From a virus (lineage: Duplodnaviria > Caudoviricetes): a stretch of 64,000 bases of DNA. The notes under the pieces are model-generated. The model did no database searches. It was not told where the DNA came from and saw nothing but the letters and a program-made list of their open reading frames with translations. A program made the position numbers and the translations under genes. Positions 1 to 9,851 of the stretch are shown here, piece by piece. The stretch lies in IMG/VR virus record IMGVR_UViG_3300027971_000001, one strand, 5' to 3'. The number at the start of each line of letters is the position of its first letter. Positions within the stretch are counted from its first letter, which is position 1.

Positions 1-1821
1 TGTCCGGTGCAGCGGGAAAGCTATTCTCTGGGTTCCATAACTTCACTAGAACTGGGAGAAAGCAAAATAGAATATGAGGAAAGCAATCTGTCTTCATTGG
101 CGGAGAAAAATTGGAAGCAATTCGTGGATTATAACATTCAAGACGTTAATCTTCTGGTTAAGCTAGAGGAAAAATTGCATTATTTGAGCATTCTTCGTTC
201 TCTTTCTCATGTAGGATTGACCAATCTTGAAACTGCCATGAGCACAATCAGTATTGTGGCGGGTGCAGTGGCTATTCAAGCCAAGAAAAACAAGAAAATT
301 ATACCCACCTTCCCACATAAAGAAGATGATGGAGTTACAATTGAAGGTGCATTTGTTAGTGAACCACAAAGAGGTTTTCATGATGCGGTTATCAGCTTTG
401 ATGCCAATTCACTCTATCCCAATTTGATTCGAACATGCAACATGAGTCCGGAAACAAAGGTGGGAAATCTTGAAAAACTAGACGACAAGACATTTTTACA
501 TCATGTAAATGGTAAAAAATATACGTTAACTGATGAAAAACTTAAAGTATTGATGGAAAAGGAAAATCTTGCTGTAACAAAGATAGGAACTTTGTTTAGT
601 CAAAAAGAAACAGGTCTTGTTCCTCAAATTATTGAAGAAAATTATAAAAAACGGGTGGATATAAAAAAGGAATTAAAGAAAATAAAGCGAGAACTGCTTA
701 ATTCTGAAAAAGATTCAGAAGATTATAAGGAAAAAAAGAAACGAGAATCCATCCTAAACAACAAACAATATGCCCTTAAGATTCTCATGAACAGTATCTA
801 TGGAGCATTTGCAAATAATTTCTTTTTTTTAAGTGATAGAGATGTGGCTAGAAGCATTACAGTCACAGGTCAAAGTGTAATCAAAAAAGGAAGTGAAATT
901 ATTGAAGAATTCTTTGTTAAAAATGGCATAGAAAAGGAATCATTAGAAAAGAACTCTCCAATGGTTTATGGAGATACGGATAGTTGTCACGTTTCAGTCA
1001 AACGGCTTCTTGAAAAAAATAATATAAAATTATTAAAGAAGGACAAAACTTTAAATTCCGACGCAGAAAAGGTTATTGAGAATCTAGAAAAATACATCAA
1101 TGAACAAATAACCTTTTGGGCTAAAAAGGAACTTAATAGCAATTCACCAAATCTGGAATTTAAACGGGAATCCATATGTGATGTGGCCATTTATATACAA
1201 AAGAAACGATATGTGCTTCATGTTATTGATGAAGAGGGTGTTCCTTGTGATAAAACAAAATATACAGGAATTGAAGTGGTTCGAAGCACCATGACCAAGC
1301 AAGTAAAAGAATTTAATAAAAAAATTATTGAAACCATGATACAAACTCGGGATCCATCTCAGACAAATATAATCCTAGAAAAGATTTATGAGGATTTTCA
1401 AACCAAAGATGAAAAAAATCTTTCATTTGTGGTGGGTATTAAGAATTATGAAAAGTATTCTGATTCATGTAATGAACTGATGACAGTAAAAGGAATGCCT
1501 GTACATGTTAAGGCAGCTTATTATTATAATTATTTTCTTAAAAAACAGTCTTTGTTAAAAAAACATGAAACCATAACAAGCGGAGACAAGATTCAATATT
1601 ATTATGTGCAACAACCAAATCAATTTGCCATTTCAGTTATGGCATTCAAAAATCGTCTTCCAGATGAAATCAAAGAATTGTTTCCCATGGACAAAGAAAA
1701 GCAATTTGAAAAGCTTGTTTTGGAAACAATGAGAAAAATTTTTGAACCGGTAGGATGGGAAATACGAGAACCAGGAAAAATGAACTATGCTAATCTTGAA
1801 TTACTTTTTTCTGACGAGTAA
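1..1821 (+). CDS. gp43: Family B DNA polymerase, C-terminal part (5' end lies upstream of the window)
   Basis: Motifs DANSLYPNLI (A), KILMNSIYG (B), YGDTDS (C), KKRY and KYTGIE. Frame is open from base 1, so the GTG at 7 is internal. Confidence 0.97.
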   Translation, partial: CPVQRESYSLGSITSLELGESKIEYEESNLSSLAEKNWKQFVDYNIQDVNLLVKLEEKLHYLSILRSLSHVGLTNLETAMSTISIVAGAVAIQAKKNKKIIPTFPHKEDDGVTIEGAFVSEPQRGFHDAVISFDANSLYPNLIRTCNMSPETKVGNLEKLDDKTFLHHVNGKKYTLTDEKLKVLMEKENLAVTKIGTLFSQKETGLVPQIIEENYKKRVDIKKELKKIKRELLNSEKDSEDYKEKKKRESILNNKQYALKILMNSIYGAFANNFFFLSDRDVARSITVTGQSVIKKGSEIIEEFFVKNGIEKESLEKNSPMVYGDTDSCHVSVKRLLEKNNIKLLKKDKTLNSDAEKVIENLEKYINEQITFWAKKELNSNSPNLEFKRESICDVAIYIQKKRYVLHVIDEEGVPCDKTKYTGIEVVRSTMTKQVKEFNKKIIETMIQTRDPSQTNIILEKIYEDFQTKDEKNLSFVVGIKNYEKYSDSCNELMTVKGMPVHVKAAYYYNYFLKKQSLLKKHETITSGDKIQYYYVQQPNQFAISVMAFKNRLPDEIKELFPMDKEKQFEKLVLETMRKIFEPVGWEIREPGKMNYANLELLFSDE

Positions 1822-2571
1822 TTGACTGGGTTTTGTTACATTTCTTCCTAATTTTTTACTAATAGCTTTGGACCAAGTTTTGTTTAAATTTTTCAATCTT
1901 GTTATTTCAGCTTTTAATTTGTAAGGATCTTGAGGAAGTTCTTCTGTAGATGGTTCAGCAGGAGTTTCATCTGCTACAGGTTCTGGAGTAGGAGCAACGG
2001 TTTCTTTTTTGGCATAAACATCACCATGAAGTTTTTGCTTTTCTTCAGGAGAAAGTTTTGCATATTCCGCAGGATTCATGGTTTTTAATTCAGGTTCAGC
2101 TTTGGCTTGTTCTACAGAATCAGCAGGCTTTGATGATGTTACAGGAGCCGGTGTTTCAGAAGGAGTTTCCTCTTTAGCAGGTGTATATAATGATGTTTGA
2201 CCATACAAAAGAGTTTCTAGTGCACCTTTTTCAGCATCTTCATATTTCTGAGCAGTATGATTAGTTTTGAAGTATTCCAAAGCTTTAGCTTTGTTTTCTT
2301 GCATGTTTGCATCTGCCCATGCACGACTGTTTAAGAACTTATTAAAGGTATCTACAGCTTTTTCTTTGTTTGTTTTGATATCGCCCTTCTTGGCAAATCG
2401 AGGATACCAAAAACGTGTCCACAAATCTTTATATGTTTCATATCTTTTTTTATCTTCACTTCTTTTAGGAATGCCTTTTAAGAAATCCATAATCCCTTCG
2501 TTAAGTGGTTTTCTTTCAACACTTTTCGCAAGAACATAGGCTTCAAATATTTTATGGCTTTCCAAGTGCAT
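1801..2571 (-). CDS. Hypothetical late protein with Pro/Glu/Ala-rich linker; candidate internal head protein
   Basis: Preferred start ATG 2571 (MHLESHKIFEAY), 5 nt behind ATTAAATA (2584-2577). Converges on and overlaps the polymerase end by 21 nt. Confidence 0.7.
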   Translation of the reverse strand: MHLESHKIFEAYVLAKSVERKPLNEGIMDFLKGIPKRSEDKKRYETYKDLWTRFWYPRFAKKGDIKTNKEKAVDTFNKFLNSRAWADANMQENKAKALEYFKTNHTAQKYEDAEKGALETLLYGQTSLYTPAKEETPSETPAPVTSSKPADSVEQAKAEPELKTMNPAEYAKLSPEEKQKLHGDVYAKKETVAPTPEPVADETPAEPSTEELPQDPYKLKAEITRLKNLNKTWSKAISKKLGRNVTKPSQLLVRKK

Positions 2572-2621
2572 ATTATTATTTAATATAGTTGCTTTTCTAA
2601 ATCGTATGATTAAATGGTGGT

Positions 2622-2969
2622 ATGAGTTCAATTCAACCATTCGTAGATCATGTAGGACGTACAATCATAGGCGAAGTTCTTGGCGAGGAGAACGGAAACC
2701 TAAAGGTAAAAAACCCCGCTATTCTGCTGGTTCAGCCGAATCAAGCCACTGGACAACTGAGCATCCAGACGATTCCCTTGTTTTTCAAGGAATTCATCAG
2801 CCCTGCTCTTCGTGAAACAGTTGGCACCTGGCTTTTCCCAAAGGATAAGCTGGTTTTGACCACTGACGTTCAATTAGAAGAGCGTATTATTGAGCAGTAC
2901 AAGCGTATTTTTACGTCTGCTCCTGTTGCTGATTCTAATCCTGAAGTAGTCAAGCTGTTCGAAGACTAA
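2622..2969 (+). CDS. Small beta-rich hypothetical protein directly upstream of uvsX
   Basis: 115 aa ORF; its stop TAA overlaps the uvsX ATG (TAATG), indicating translational coupling. Confidence 0.8.
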   Translation: MSSIQPFVDHVGRTIIGEVLGEENGNLKVKNPAILLVQPNQATGQLSIQTIPLFFKEFISPALRETVGTWLFPKDKLVLTTDVQLEERIIEQYKRIFTSAPVADSNPEVVKLFED

Positions 2970-4045
2970 TGAGTGATCTGGATAAAATTCTAGGTTGTCT
3001 GGATGATATCAATCCAGAAGCTGCTTTTCTATCAGATAACACTCTAAGCAACGTTGATACTTGGTATGATACTGGTTGTTATGCTCTAAACGCCATTATT
3101 AGCGGAAAAATCCGTGAAGGTGGTGTTCCAAAAGGACGAATCATCGTCTTTACAGGAGAATCACAAACAGGTAAAACACTTCTTATCAATAAAATCTTGG
3201 GTCTTGCTCAAAAACAAGGAATGTATCCTGTGATTTTTGATAGTGAGATGAGTGTTGATGCAGATAGCGGTAAAACCGTAGGACTTGATCCGGAAAAGAC
3301 CAAGTATTGCCCTGTTTATACTGTTGATGAAACCAAAAACCAGATATCTAAATTTTTGGATCAAGTTATTGAGAAAAAAGCTCAAGGCAAATTCATTATC
3401 AGCATAGACAGTCTCGGCAATCTTGCAGGTGCAAAAGAAGTTGCTGACATTGAAAAGGACAAATCTGTTGCAGATATGGGTCTTCGCGCCAAAAGCTTAA
3501 AGAGCATGTTGCGTATTTTGACTTATAAAGCAGCAAAAGCAGGTGTGACTGTTCTTTGCAGTAACCATACATATGCAGATCCTGCCAGCATGTATCCAAG
3601 TTTGGTTAAAAACCAAAGTGGAGGAAGTGGTCCTTTGTATATGAGCAGTGTCATCGTTCAATTGGCTCGCAGAAATGAAAAGCAAGATGATAAAAATGAA
3701 GAAGACAAAATGCTTCCCGAAGCAAAACAATATTCGGGTGTAACTCTTCGTGCCATGACAACCAAGAACAGGTTCTTACCACCTTTTCTGGAAGTTCCAA
3801 TTTATTTGAATTACAGAACAGGATTGGACAAATATAGTGGACTTTTGGAAATGGCAGTAAATCATGGAATTATTATCCAAAACGGACCAACCTATACTAA
3901 AGCAGACGGAACAAAATTAGGTTATGCAAAAAGTTTTAAAAATGATATATCTTTTTGGGAAGAGTATGTTATACCTAATCTCCAGGAGAAATTAAATGTC
4001 GCCTACAAATACGCAGACTCAGATACAGACGCAGCAAAAGAATGA
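2969..4045 (+). CDS. uvsX: RecA-like recombinase UvsX
   Basis: DTGCYALNAIISG, Walker A GESQTGKT, Walker B IISIDSLG, NHTY and SGG motifs. Confidence 0.95.
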   Translation: MSDLDKILGCLDDINPEAAFLSDNTLSNVDTWYDTGCYALNAIISGKIREGGVPKGRIIVFTGESQTGKTLLINKILGLAQKQGMYPVIFDSEMSVDADSGKTVGLDPEKTKYCPVYTVDETKNQISKFLDQVIEKKAQGKFIISIDSLGNLAGAKEVADIEKDKSVADMGLRAKSLKSMLRILTYKAAKAGVTVLCSNHTYADPASMYPSLVKNQSGGSGPLYMSSVIVQLARRNEKQDDKNEEDKMLPEAKQYSGVTLRAMTTKNRFLPPFLEVPIYLNYRTGLDKYSGLLEMAVNHGIIIQNGPTYTKADGTKLGYAKSFKNDISFWEEYVIPNLQEKLNVAYKYADSDTDAAKE

Positions 4046-4712
4046 AAAAATTCTTTTCATTAGTGCAACTCGTGGCGACAAATCAAACATATCGTTTCTA
4101 AAAAGTATCAGCAAAGTTTCGGGTGCTGAATACGAGATAATCGAAAATAACACCGAAAAACTTTCGGTAGTTTATAATCGTGCCATTGAAAAACACATGG
4201 ACGAATATGATATTATATGTTTTATTCATGATGATGTGTTTATTGATGATCTTCGTATTGCAAAAAAGCTGGAAAAAGCAGTTCGAGAAAACAATTATGA
4301 TGTGATTGGATTGGCTGGAGGAATCAATCCCATAATCAAATCTCCAGCACTTTGGCATCTGATGTGTGATCGACACAACTTAAGAGGTGCTGTAGCCCAT
4401 CCATTTGATAAAGGTAGTATTTTCATGACTAGCTTTGGAAATACGCCTTGTGAAGTTGATTTGATTGACAATTTGTTCATGGCGTTTAGAACCAAACTAT
4501 TCAAAATAAACAAAAATTTCCGTTTTGATGAAACCAATCCCTGTCATACACATTTCACGGATTTGGATATCAGTTTACAGGCTAAAAAGTATTCTTATAA
4601 AATTGGTATTTGGCCGATTTGGGTAATTCATGCAAGTCCCGGATTAAGGAACTATGAAGATATTGTTTTTCAGAATGGTCAAAAATGGTTTCTTGAAAAA
4701 TGGTCAAAATAA
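3996..4712 (+). CDS. GT-A fold glycosyltransferase (GT2-like, resembles Glyco_tranf_2_5)
   Basis: LSVVYNRAI, IICFIHDDVFI (DD motif), VIGLAG, DLIDNLFMAF, FDE, HFTDLDISLQ and VIHAS. Confidence 0.8.
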   Translation: MSPTNTQTQIQTQQKNEKILFISATRGDKSNISFLKSISKVSGAEYEIIENNTEKLSVVYNRAIEKHMDEYDIICFIHDDVFIDDLRIAKKLEKAVRENNYDVIGLAGGINPIIKSPALWHLMCDRHNLRGAVAHPFDKGSIFMTSFGNTPCEVDLIDNLFMAFRTKLFKINKNFRFDETNPCHTHFTDLDISLQAKKYSYKIGIWPIWVIHASPGLRNYEDIVFQNGQKWFLEKWSK

Positions 4713-6046
4713 ACAAAATCGATAACGATACATTCGAGACACTTATAATATACAAGTGTCTTATGGATGGTGCCTATTTGGGTACCATTGCAGAGTATTT
4801 AAAACCTGAATATTTTACCAATGAGGATATTAAAAATGTTATTGGCATTATAACTGATTTTTATCAAAAAAATAATGTTCCTCCAACCATAACCGAGATT
4901 AAAAATTATCTTATTAATGATAAGCTTAAACAATCATTAAAAAATATTGTAACAACGTTTGAAACAATTGATAAAAATCTTAATACAAAAGAACTATATG
5001 AAAACACTGAAAAGTTCCTAAAAGAAAAAGCGGTTATTAAAACCATGATCGATATCATGGAAAAGACTGAAAAAACTAGTGTTGATACAAATGAAATTTT
5101 AGAGAAATTCCAACAGGCATGCAGCATAAGTTTGACGCATGATTTGGGAATGGATTATTTTGAGGATATTGAAAAACTTGCAACGGAAATTACAAAGACA
5201 GAAAATTACATTTCTACCGGTTATAGATGGATAGATGAGAAACTTCAGGGTGGATTTTTACAAGAAGGAAAAGCCCTTTATGTTTTCAGCGGTCAAACCA
5301 ACGTTGGTAAGAGTATTGTTTTGGCCAATATTGCCAGTAATATTTGCGCACAAGGCAAAACCGTTTTGTTGATTAGTCTGGAAATGAGTGAAGTTGTATA
5401 TGCAAAACGGCTTTGTGGAAACTTTGCCAACATTCCAATCTTTTCCTTAAAGCATAAATTGGATGATTTAAGGGATGAAATTGCAAAATATAAAAGGGAA
5501 AATCCAAAATCCAAACTTGTGATCAAGGAATTTCCCCCTAGCACAATTAGTGTTGGTCAATTAAATGCATATATCAAGAAACTCATACAGAGTGGAATCA
5601 AACCAGATGCCATCATTGTGGATTATGTAAACCTTTTAACCACATCATTTGGAACCAATTCCTATGAAAGGGTCAAGCATATTACTGAAAATCTCCGAGC
5701 TGTAAGTTATATTTTTAATGTTCCTGTGATTACAGCAACCCAATTAAATCGAAGCGCCATGAATCAAAGCAATCCTCAATTAGAAACAGTGAGTGAAAGT
5801 CTCGGATTAGCCATGACTGCTGATTGTATTATTGGTTTGTGGCGGGAACCTGAAGATATAGAATTAGGTCGTATTAATATGAATATTCAGAAAAACCGTA
5901 TGGGTCCTGCTTTTGGTACTGCGACTTTTGCATTGGATCAAGCAACCATGCGAATTCGAGAAGAAGCAAAAATTGAAACAAATGATGCTATTTCCAGTAC
6001 AGAAAATACTTTGAATAATCTAGCAGTCAATGATTTGATGGAATGA
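4700..6046 (+). CDS. gp41: DnaB-like replicative helicase
   Basis: ISTGY, Walker A GQTNVGKS, ISLEMSE, IIVDYVNLL, ITATQLNRS, VSESLG and KNRMG. Confidence 0.95.
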   Translation: MVKINKIDNDTFETLIIYKCLMDGAYLGTIAEYLKPEYFTNEDIKNVIGIITDFYQKNNVPPTITEIKNYLINDKLKQSLKNIVTTFETIDKNLNTKELYENTEKFLKEKAVIKTMIDIMEKTEKTSVDTNEILEKFQQACSISLTHDLGMDYFEDIEKLATEITKTENYISTGYRWIDEKLQGGFLQEGKALYVFSGQTNVGKSIVLANIASNICAQGKTVLLISLEMSEVVYAKRLCGNFANIPIFSLKHKLDDLRDEIAKYKRENPKSKLVIKEFPPSTISVGQLNAYIKKLIQSGIKPDAIIVDYVNLLTTSFGTNSYERVKHITENLRAVSYIFNVPVITATQLNRSAMNQSNPQLETVSESLGLAMTADCIIGLWREPEDIELGRINMNIQKNRMGPAFGTATFALDQATMRIREEAKIETNDAISSTENTLNNLAVNDLME

Positions 6047-6894
6047 AAAAGACAGTCATTCTTTGTGATTTTGATTTGGATGGAGCAGGATGCTGTCTTG
6101 TAGCCAAATGGTCTTCACCTAATCAACAATATGATATTATACCTACAAATGAAGATGAATTGTCTCAACATTTAAAGAACAGCGATCCCAGAATTCCTTT
6201 GATTGTTTGTGATATGACATTTAATCAAAAACATGTGGATATAGCAGATAGACCGAATGTGCTTTTTGTTCATCATCATGATTTACCTGAACAGATAACT
6301 TCAAAAAATTGTAAGATAATTTCCAAGCAGGAAACATCCTGTACAAAATTATTTGCCGATCTTTTAAAAACACCATTATCGGATGAAAAGAAAAAATTGA
6401 TAGAGTATATTGATGATTACGACAGTTATAATTTAAAATATAAAAAATCTTTATTCCTAAACATGGTATTCTGGTCTTTTACAGGAAACAAATTGGAAAA
6501 ATTTATCACTGCTTTTGAGCAAGGAGATAGAGATTTTAACGATACAGAAAAAAATATGATACGGATTTATGCATCAAAAATGGTTGAAGCCGTTCAAAAT
6601 TCCGAACCACATGTTCTTAAAACAAAAAATTTTAATATAATAATTTTTTATGCTGATTTTGCAATAAATGAACTTTGTGCGGAATTTTGCAAAAAATATG
6701 ATTCTGATGCAGCCATAAGCATAAACAAAAATACACTTTCAGCTTGCATAAGAATCAATCGAAAGAAAGAAACCAATTTCGATTGTGGTGTTTTTGCAAA
6801 AATATTCATGGATGGACATGGATATAAAAACTTTGCTTCTGGTAAAATTATAGATAAATTTGTTGATTTATCAATCAAATTCACTAAGATCTGA
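6043..6894 (+). CDS. DHH-family phosphoesterase-like protein
   Basis: N-terminal CDFDLDGAG, CDMTF, VHHHD, IDDYD and C-terminal GHGYKNFASG (DHHA1-like). ATGA overlap with the helicase. Confidence 0.75.
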   Translation: MKKTVILCDFDLDGAGCCLVAKWSSPNQQYDIIPTNEDELSQHLKNSDPRIPLIVCDMTFNQKHVDIADRPNVLFVHHHDLPEQITSKNCKIISKQETSCTKLFADLLKTPLSDEKKKLIEYIDDYDSYNLKYKKSLFLNMVFWSFTGNKLEKFITAFEQGDRDFNDTEKNMIRIYASKMVEAVQNSEPHVLKTKNFNIIIFYADFAINELCAEFCKKYDSDAAISINKNTLSACIRINRKKETNFDCGVFAKIFMDGHGYKNFASGKIIDKFVDLSIKFTKI

Positions 6895-6895
6895 T

Positions 6896-7168
6896 ATGGA
6901 AAAGACTATTACAGATAAAGAGACCGAATATTACTTTCTTTGTTTCTGTAGTCTAATGTGTATTTTGGCAGAAAAGAAGCTGAATCTTCCCAATGTCTTC
7001 ATAGCATTTTTAAAAAATAAAAATTATCGCCAACTTTTCAAACAAATGTTGAATGTTGAAACTGATCATGAATGTGTTAAAATTTTTATAAATTTCGATC
7101 CAAATTTACACAAATCAAAATACATAACTAAGTTTTTAAATAAAAATAAAAAATTGAACCTTTCGTGA
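6896..7168 (+). CDS. Hypothetical protein (90 aa)
   Basis: ATG 6896 lies 1 nt after the DHH stop; GTGA overlap with the next gene. Confidence 0.7.
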   Translation: MEKTITDKETEYYFLCFCSLMCILAEKKLNLPNVFIAFLKNKNYRQLFKQMLNVETDHECVKIFINFDPNLHKSKYITKFLNKNKKLNLS

Positions 7169-7794
7169 AACACGATTTGTTGGATATTTACAATTCCTTT
7201 ATCAAGGCATATCGGACTGCAAATTCTGCACCATTCCGGTACAGAAAAACATATGAAACTCTTCCACAAGAGGTAAAAAACAAGGTTGAAAGAATCAAGC
7301 TGTTTTTTGATTCTTATGAAATAAATGTGGATAATTTTTTTGAAGCTCCTTATTTTTTATACAAGGACACAAAATATTTTGCGTTTGATTATTATCTTTC
7401 AAGAAAAGCGGTAAAAAGTTACAGTGATTTTGAAAAGGAAATATTAATGATGGGACCAGATCATATCCGCAATCTTGTTAAAATAAAAAATTCTGCATTG
7501 TTTTTAAAGAAGTTTTTAAAAATTGAAGGAATATCTTTTGCAGAATACCTAAACAATAAAAAAGAAAAAGTTCCTTCATTTGTGACACATTTAAAAAATA
7601 GAAATGTTTCAATTTATTTTTTGATGGGTTTAGAAGGTTTTGAAAAAGCTTTTTTTGCTTTTGATTCCAATCTTTTAAAATTCATAATACCAGACATTTA
7701 TGAAAATTATGAATTATATAATAAAAAGTTTCTTACTAGCCAAAATGCCAGAATTTTGGTAAAAAGTATTTTAAATAAAAAGATTCTGAGTTGA
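7165..7794 (+). CDS. Hypothetical helical protein; possible gp59-like helicase loader
   Basis: 209 aa, directly upstream of gp32 as gp59 is in T4. No diagnostic motif recognised. Confidence 0.45.
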   Translation: MKHDLLDIYNSFIKAYRTANSAPFRYRKTYETLPQEVKNKVERIKLFFDSYEINVDNFFEAPYFLYKDTKYFAFDYYLSRKAVKSYSDFEKEILMMGPDHIRNLVKIKNSALFLKKFLKIEGISFAEYLNNKKEKVPSFVTHLKNRNVSIYFLMGLEGFEKAFFAFDSNLLKFIIPDIYENYELYNKKFLTSQNARILVKSILNKKILS

Positions 7795-7817
7795 CATCTT
7801 AATTTGTATGTTAAGAT
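7791..7817 (+). promoter_or_regulatory. Sigma70-like promoter for gp32: TTGACA-15-TAAGAT with TG extension
   Basis: TTGACA 7791-7796, TAAGAT 7812-7817, ATG 6 nt later; inverted repeat ATCTTAA/TTAAGAT. Confidence 0.6.
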
Positions 7818-7823
7818 AAGTTC

Positions 7824-8702
7824 ATGAGTAAATTCACATCATCTATGTTTGAAACGCTGAAGGAATCCCTTACAAAGAAGGGTGAAAATAACAGCGGATT
7901 ATATAAAAATATTCTGAAACTGGAACCAGGAAACACATATAGTGTTCGTTTGATTCCTAATTTGAAGGATGCCAAAAAGACATTCTTTCATCATGTTCAA
8001 CATGGTTGGACAAGTTTCGCAACAGGTCAATATGTCAGTGCCCTTTCCCCGACTACATGGGGCGAAGTTGATCCTATTGGCCAAACTCGTTATAAGCTTC
8101 TTTATAAGAGCAATAATGATGCTGACAAGGTAAAGGGAGCAGAAATCAAGCGTACTGAAAGATGGCTTGCAAATGTTTTGGTTGTTGATGATCCTATTAA
8201 CAAAAGCAACAATGGGAAAGTAATGATTTTGAAGTTTGGCAAACAGCTTCATAAGATCGTTATGGATGCAATGTCCGGTGAAGAAAGTGAAGATTTTGGT
8301 GACAAAATTTTTGATCTTTCTGAAAAAGGTTGCAATCTAAAGATCAAAGTGGAAAAGCAGGGGGATTTCCCGAATTATAGTAGCAGTAGATTCACCTCTC
8401 CAAAAGAAATTGAAGGATTGGATGAAAAGGCTCAAGAAAAAATCTATGAAAGTGGTTTTGACTTGGAAAGTGTTTATCAAAAGAAAACACAAGATGAGCT
8501 TCAGAAACTTTTGGAAGAACATTTCTTCTGTAACGTTTCTGTAACTCCTCCTTCATCTAAAAAGGCGGTTGCTGCTGAAAAGAGCAGCGATCTTGTGGAG
8601 CAGAAAACACAGTTGAAATCCAGCATTGGTGGTAAAAAAGCCGATGATAAAGAGGAAGATTTGATCAAGGATCTTCTTGAAGGTCTGGAAACATCTGAAT
8701 GA
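7824..8702 (+). CDS. gp32: Single-stranded DNA-binding protein
   Basis: YSVRLIP, HHVQHGW, RWLANVLVVDDPINKSNNGKVMILKFGKQL, GCNLKIK, NYSSSRF and an acidic tail. Confidence 0.92.
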   Translation: MSKFTSSMFETLKESLTKKGENNSGLYKNILKLEPGNTYSVRLIPNLKDAKKTFFHHVQHGWTSFATGQYVSALSPTTWGEVDPIGQTRYKLLYKSNNDADKVKGAEIKRTERWLANVLVVDDPINKSNNGKVMILKFGKQLHKIVMDAMSGEESEDFGDKIFDLSEKGCNLKIKVEKQGDFPNYSSSRFTSPKEIEGLDEKAQEKIYESGFDLESVYQKKTQDELQKLLEEHFFCNVSVTPPSSKKAVAAEKSSDLVEQKTQLKSSIGGKKADDKEEDLIKDLLEGLETSE

Positions 8703-9142
8703 GCCACATTCAAGATCCACAAATAGCTAATATTGTTTATAATTTTTTGGGCAATACACTTGCTCAATTAAATGAAATAGACAAGCATAATGTAGGAGGA
8801 AGTAGTTTAAAGGCTTTAAAAACAGATCCTAAGAATGTTTTTAGGGTAAATTCTGATCAAGGCATGAGTTTATTGCCATCAGAACCTTCTAATTTAACTC
8901 CACCTGTAATTCAACAACCACAGGCACCAGTTATTCCTCAAGCTACAGTTCCGGCAGCTCCTGCTGTCAATGTAGTAAATGCAGGATTGAATGTTTCGGC
9001 ACCAGTTCCTGTTCAAGAAACAATTCAACAAGTTATCCATTTTACAAATGGACCCAAACTGATTCCTGAGTTTGATAAGATTATATCAGCTTTAACCAAT
9101 ATTAAGAATATATTAAATGAATCGGTTCACGATAGAAAATAA
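8699..9142 (+). CDS. Hypothetical protein with Pro/Gln/Val-rich central linker
   Basis: 147 aa ORF, ATGA overlap with gp32. Confidence 0.75.
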   Translation: MSHIQDPQIANIVYNFLGNTLAQLNEIDKHNVGGSSLKALKTDPKNVFRVNSDQGMSLLPSEPSNLTPPVIQQPQAPVIPQATVPAAPAVNVVNAGLNVSAPVPVQETIQQVIHFTNGPKLIPEFDKIISALTNIKNILNESVHDRK

Positions 9143-9851
9143 GAACAAATTCTGTCGATATTTTCTTGAACCGCTTCTGAAACTGAATCCGAAGTGTGTT
9201 CTTAAAATAGAACCAGACAAAGTTCAGGCAAAAAGCAGTTATCCGGATGGTTCACTTTTTTTGGAAGCATCATCCAGTATTGATACTGATATTAAAGATC
9301 AGAAAGAACTGGCATTTATTGATCTTTCTAGATTCATTAAGACTCTTGATTTTGTGCAAAAAGATGTGGTCAGTTTTAAACTGGATCAGAATTATCTTTC
9401 ATACAAGGACACAACAAATCATTTTACAATGCAAATGTATGATACCAAGGTTGTGCCAAAACCCCGTTTAAGTTTTGAAAAAATAAATGCCCTTCCTTTT
9501 AATTTGGATATTGTTTTAAATACTGATGTTTTTTTTGAAATAATTAAGGCGAGTGGAATATATCCAGATTTAAATAAATTATATTTTGTTTTTGCAAATA
9601 ATACCCTAAAGATTGAACTTTCCGACAAAACAAAAAATCAGTGTGATGGATTTACCCGTACTATTGAGAACATCGCATCTGTGGATGGTGGTTTGGATTT
9701 TATTCTTCCGCTGGAACCCTTAAGAATTATTTTGGCAAATAAGATGGAAAAATTACAATTTCGCTTCCATAAAGCAAGCAGCCTAGTAAATCTAATATAT
9801 GAAAATGATGGAATCAAAATGTCTTATGTCATACCATGCCTAATCAAATGA
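9117..9851 (+). CDS. gp45: Probable sliding clamp (gp45/PCNA-like)
   Basis: 244 aa with two similar alpha/beta halves typical of clamps (FIDLSRFIKTL; FFEIIKAS...LYFVF; C-terminal MSYVIP). Replication-cluster context. Confidence 0.65.
   Translation: MNRFTIENKNKFCRYFLEPLLKLNPKCVLKIEPDKVQAKSSYPDGSLFLEASSSIDTDIKDQKELAFIDLSRFIKTLDFVQKDVVSFKLDQNYLSYKDTTNHFTMQMYDTKVVPKPRLSFEKINALPFNLDIVLNTDVFFEIIKASGIYPDLNKLYFVFANNTLKIELSDKTKNQCDGFTRTIENIASVDGGLDFILPLEPLRIILANKMEKLQFRFHKASSLVNLIYENDGIKMSYVIPCLIK

Noticed and set aside
2583-2621. Sigma70 promoter for the 2622-uvsX operon
   Set aside because: TTGCTT and TATGAT are only 10 nt apart; no convincing -35/-10 pair.
1-6046. Inteins or introns in polymerase, UvsX or helicase
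   Set aside because: Motif spacing and lengths are normal; no splicing or homing-endonuclease motifs seen.
6896-7168. gp33 assignment by position before the gp59-like gene and gp32
   Set aside because: The sequence lacks the acidic helical pattern I associate with gp33; left as hypothetical.
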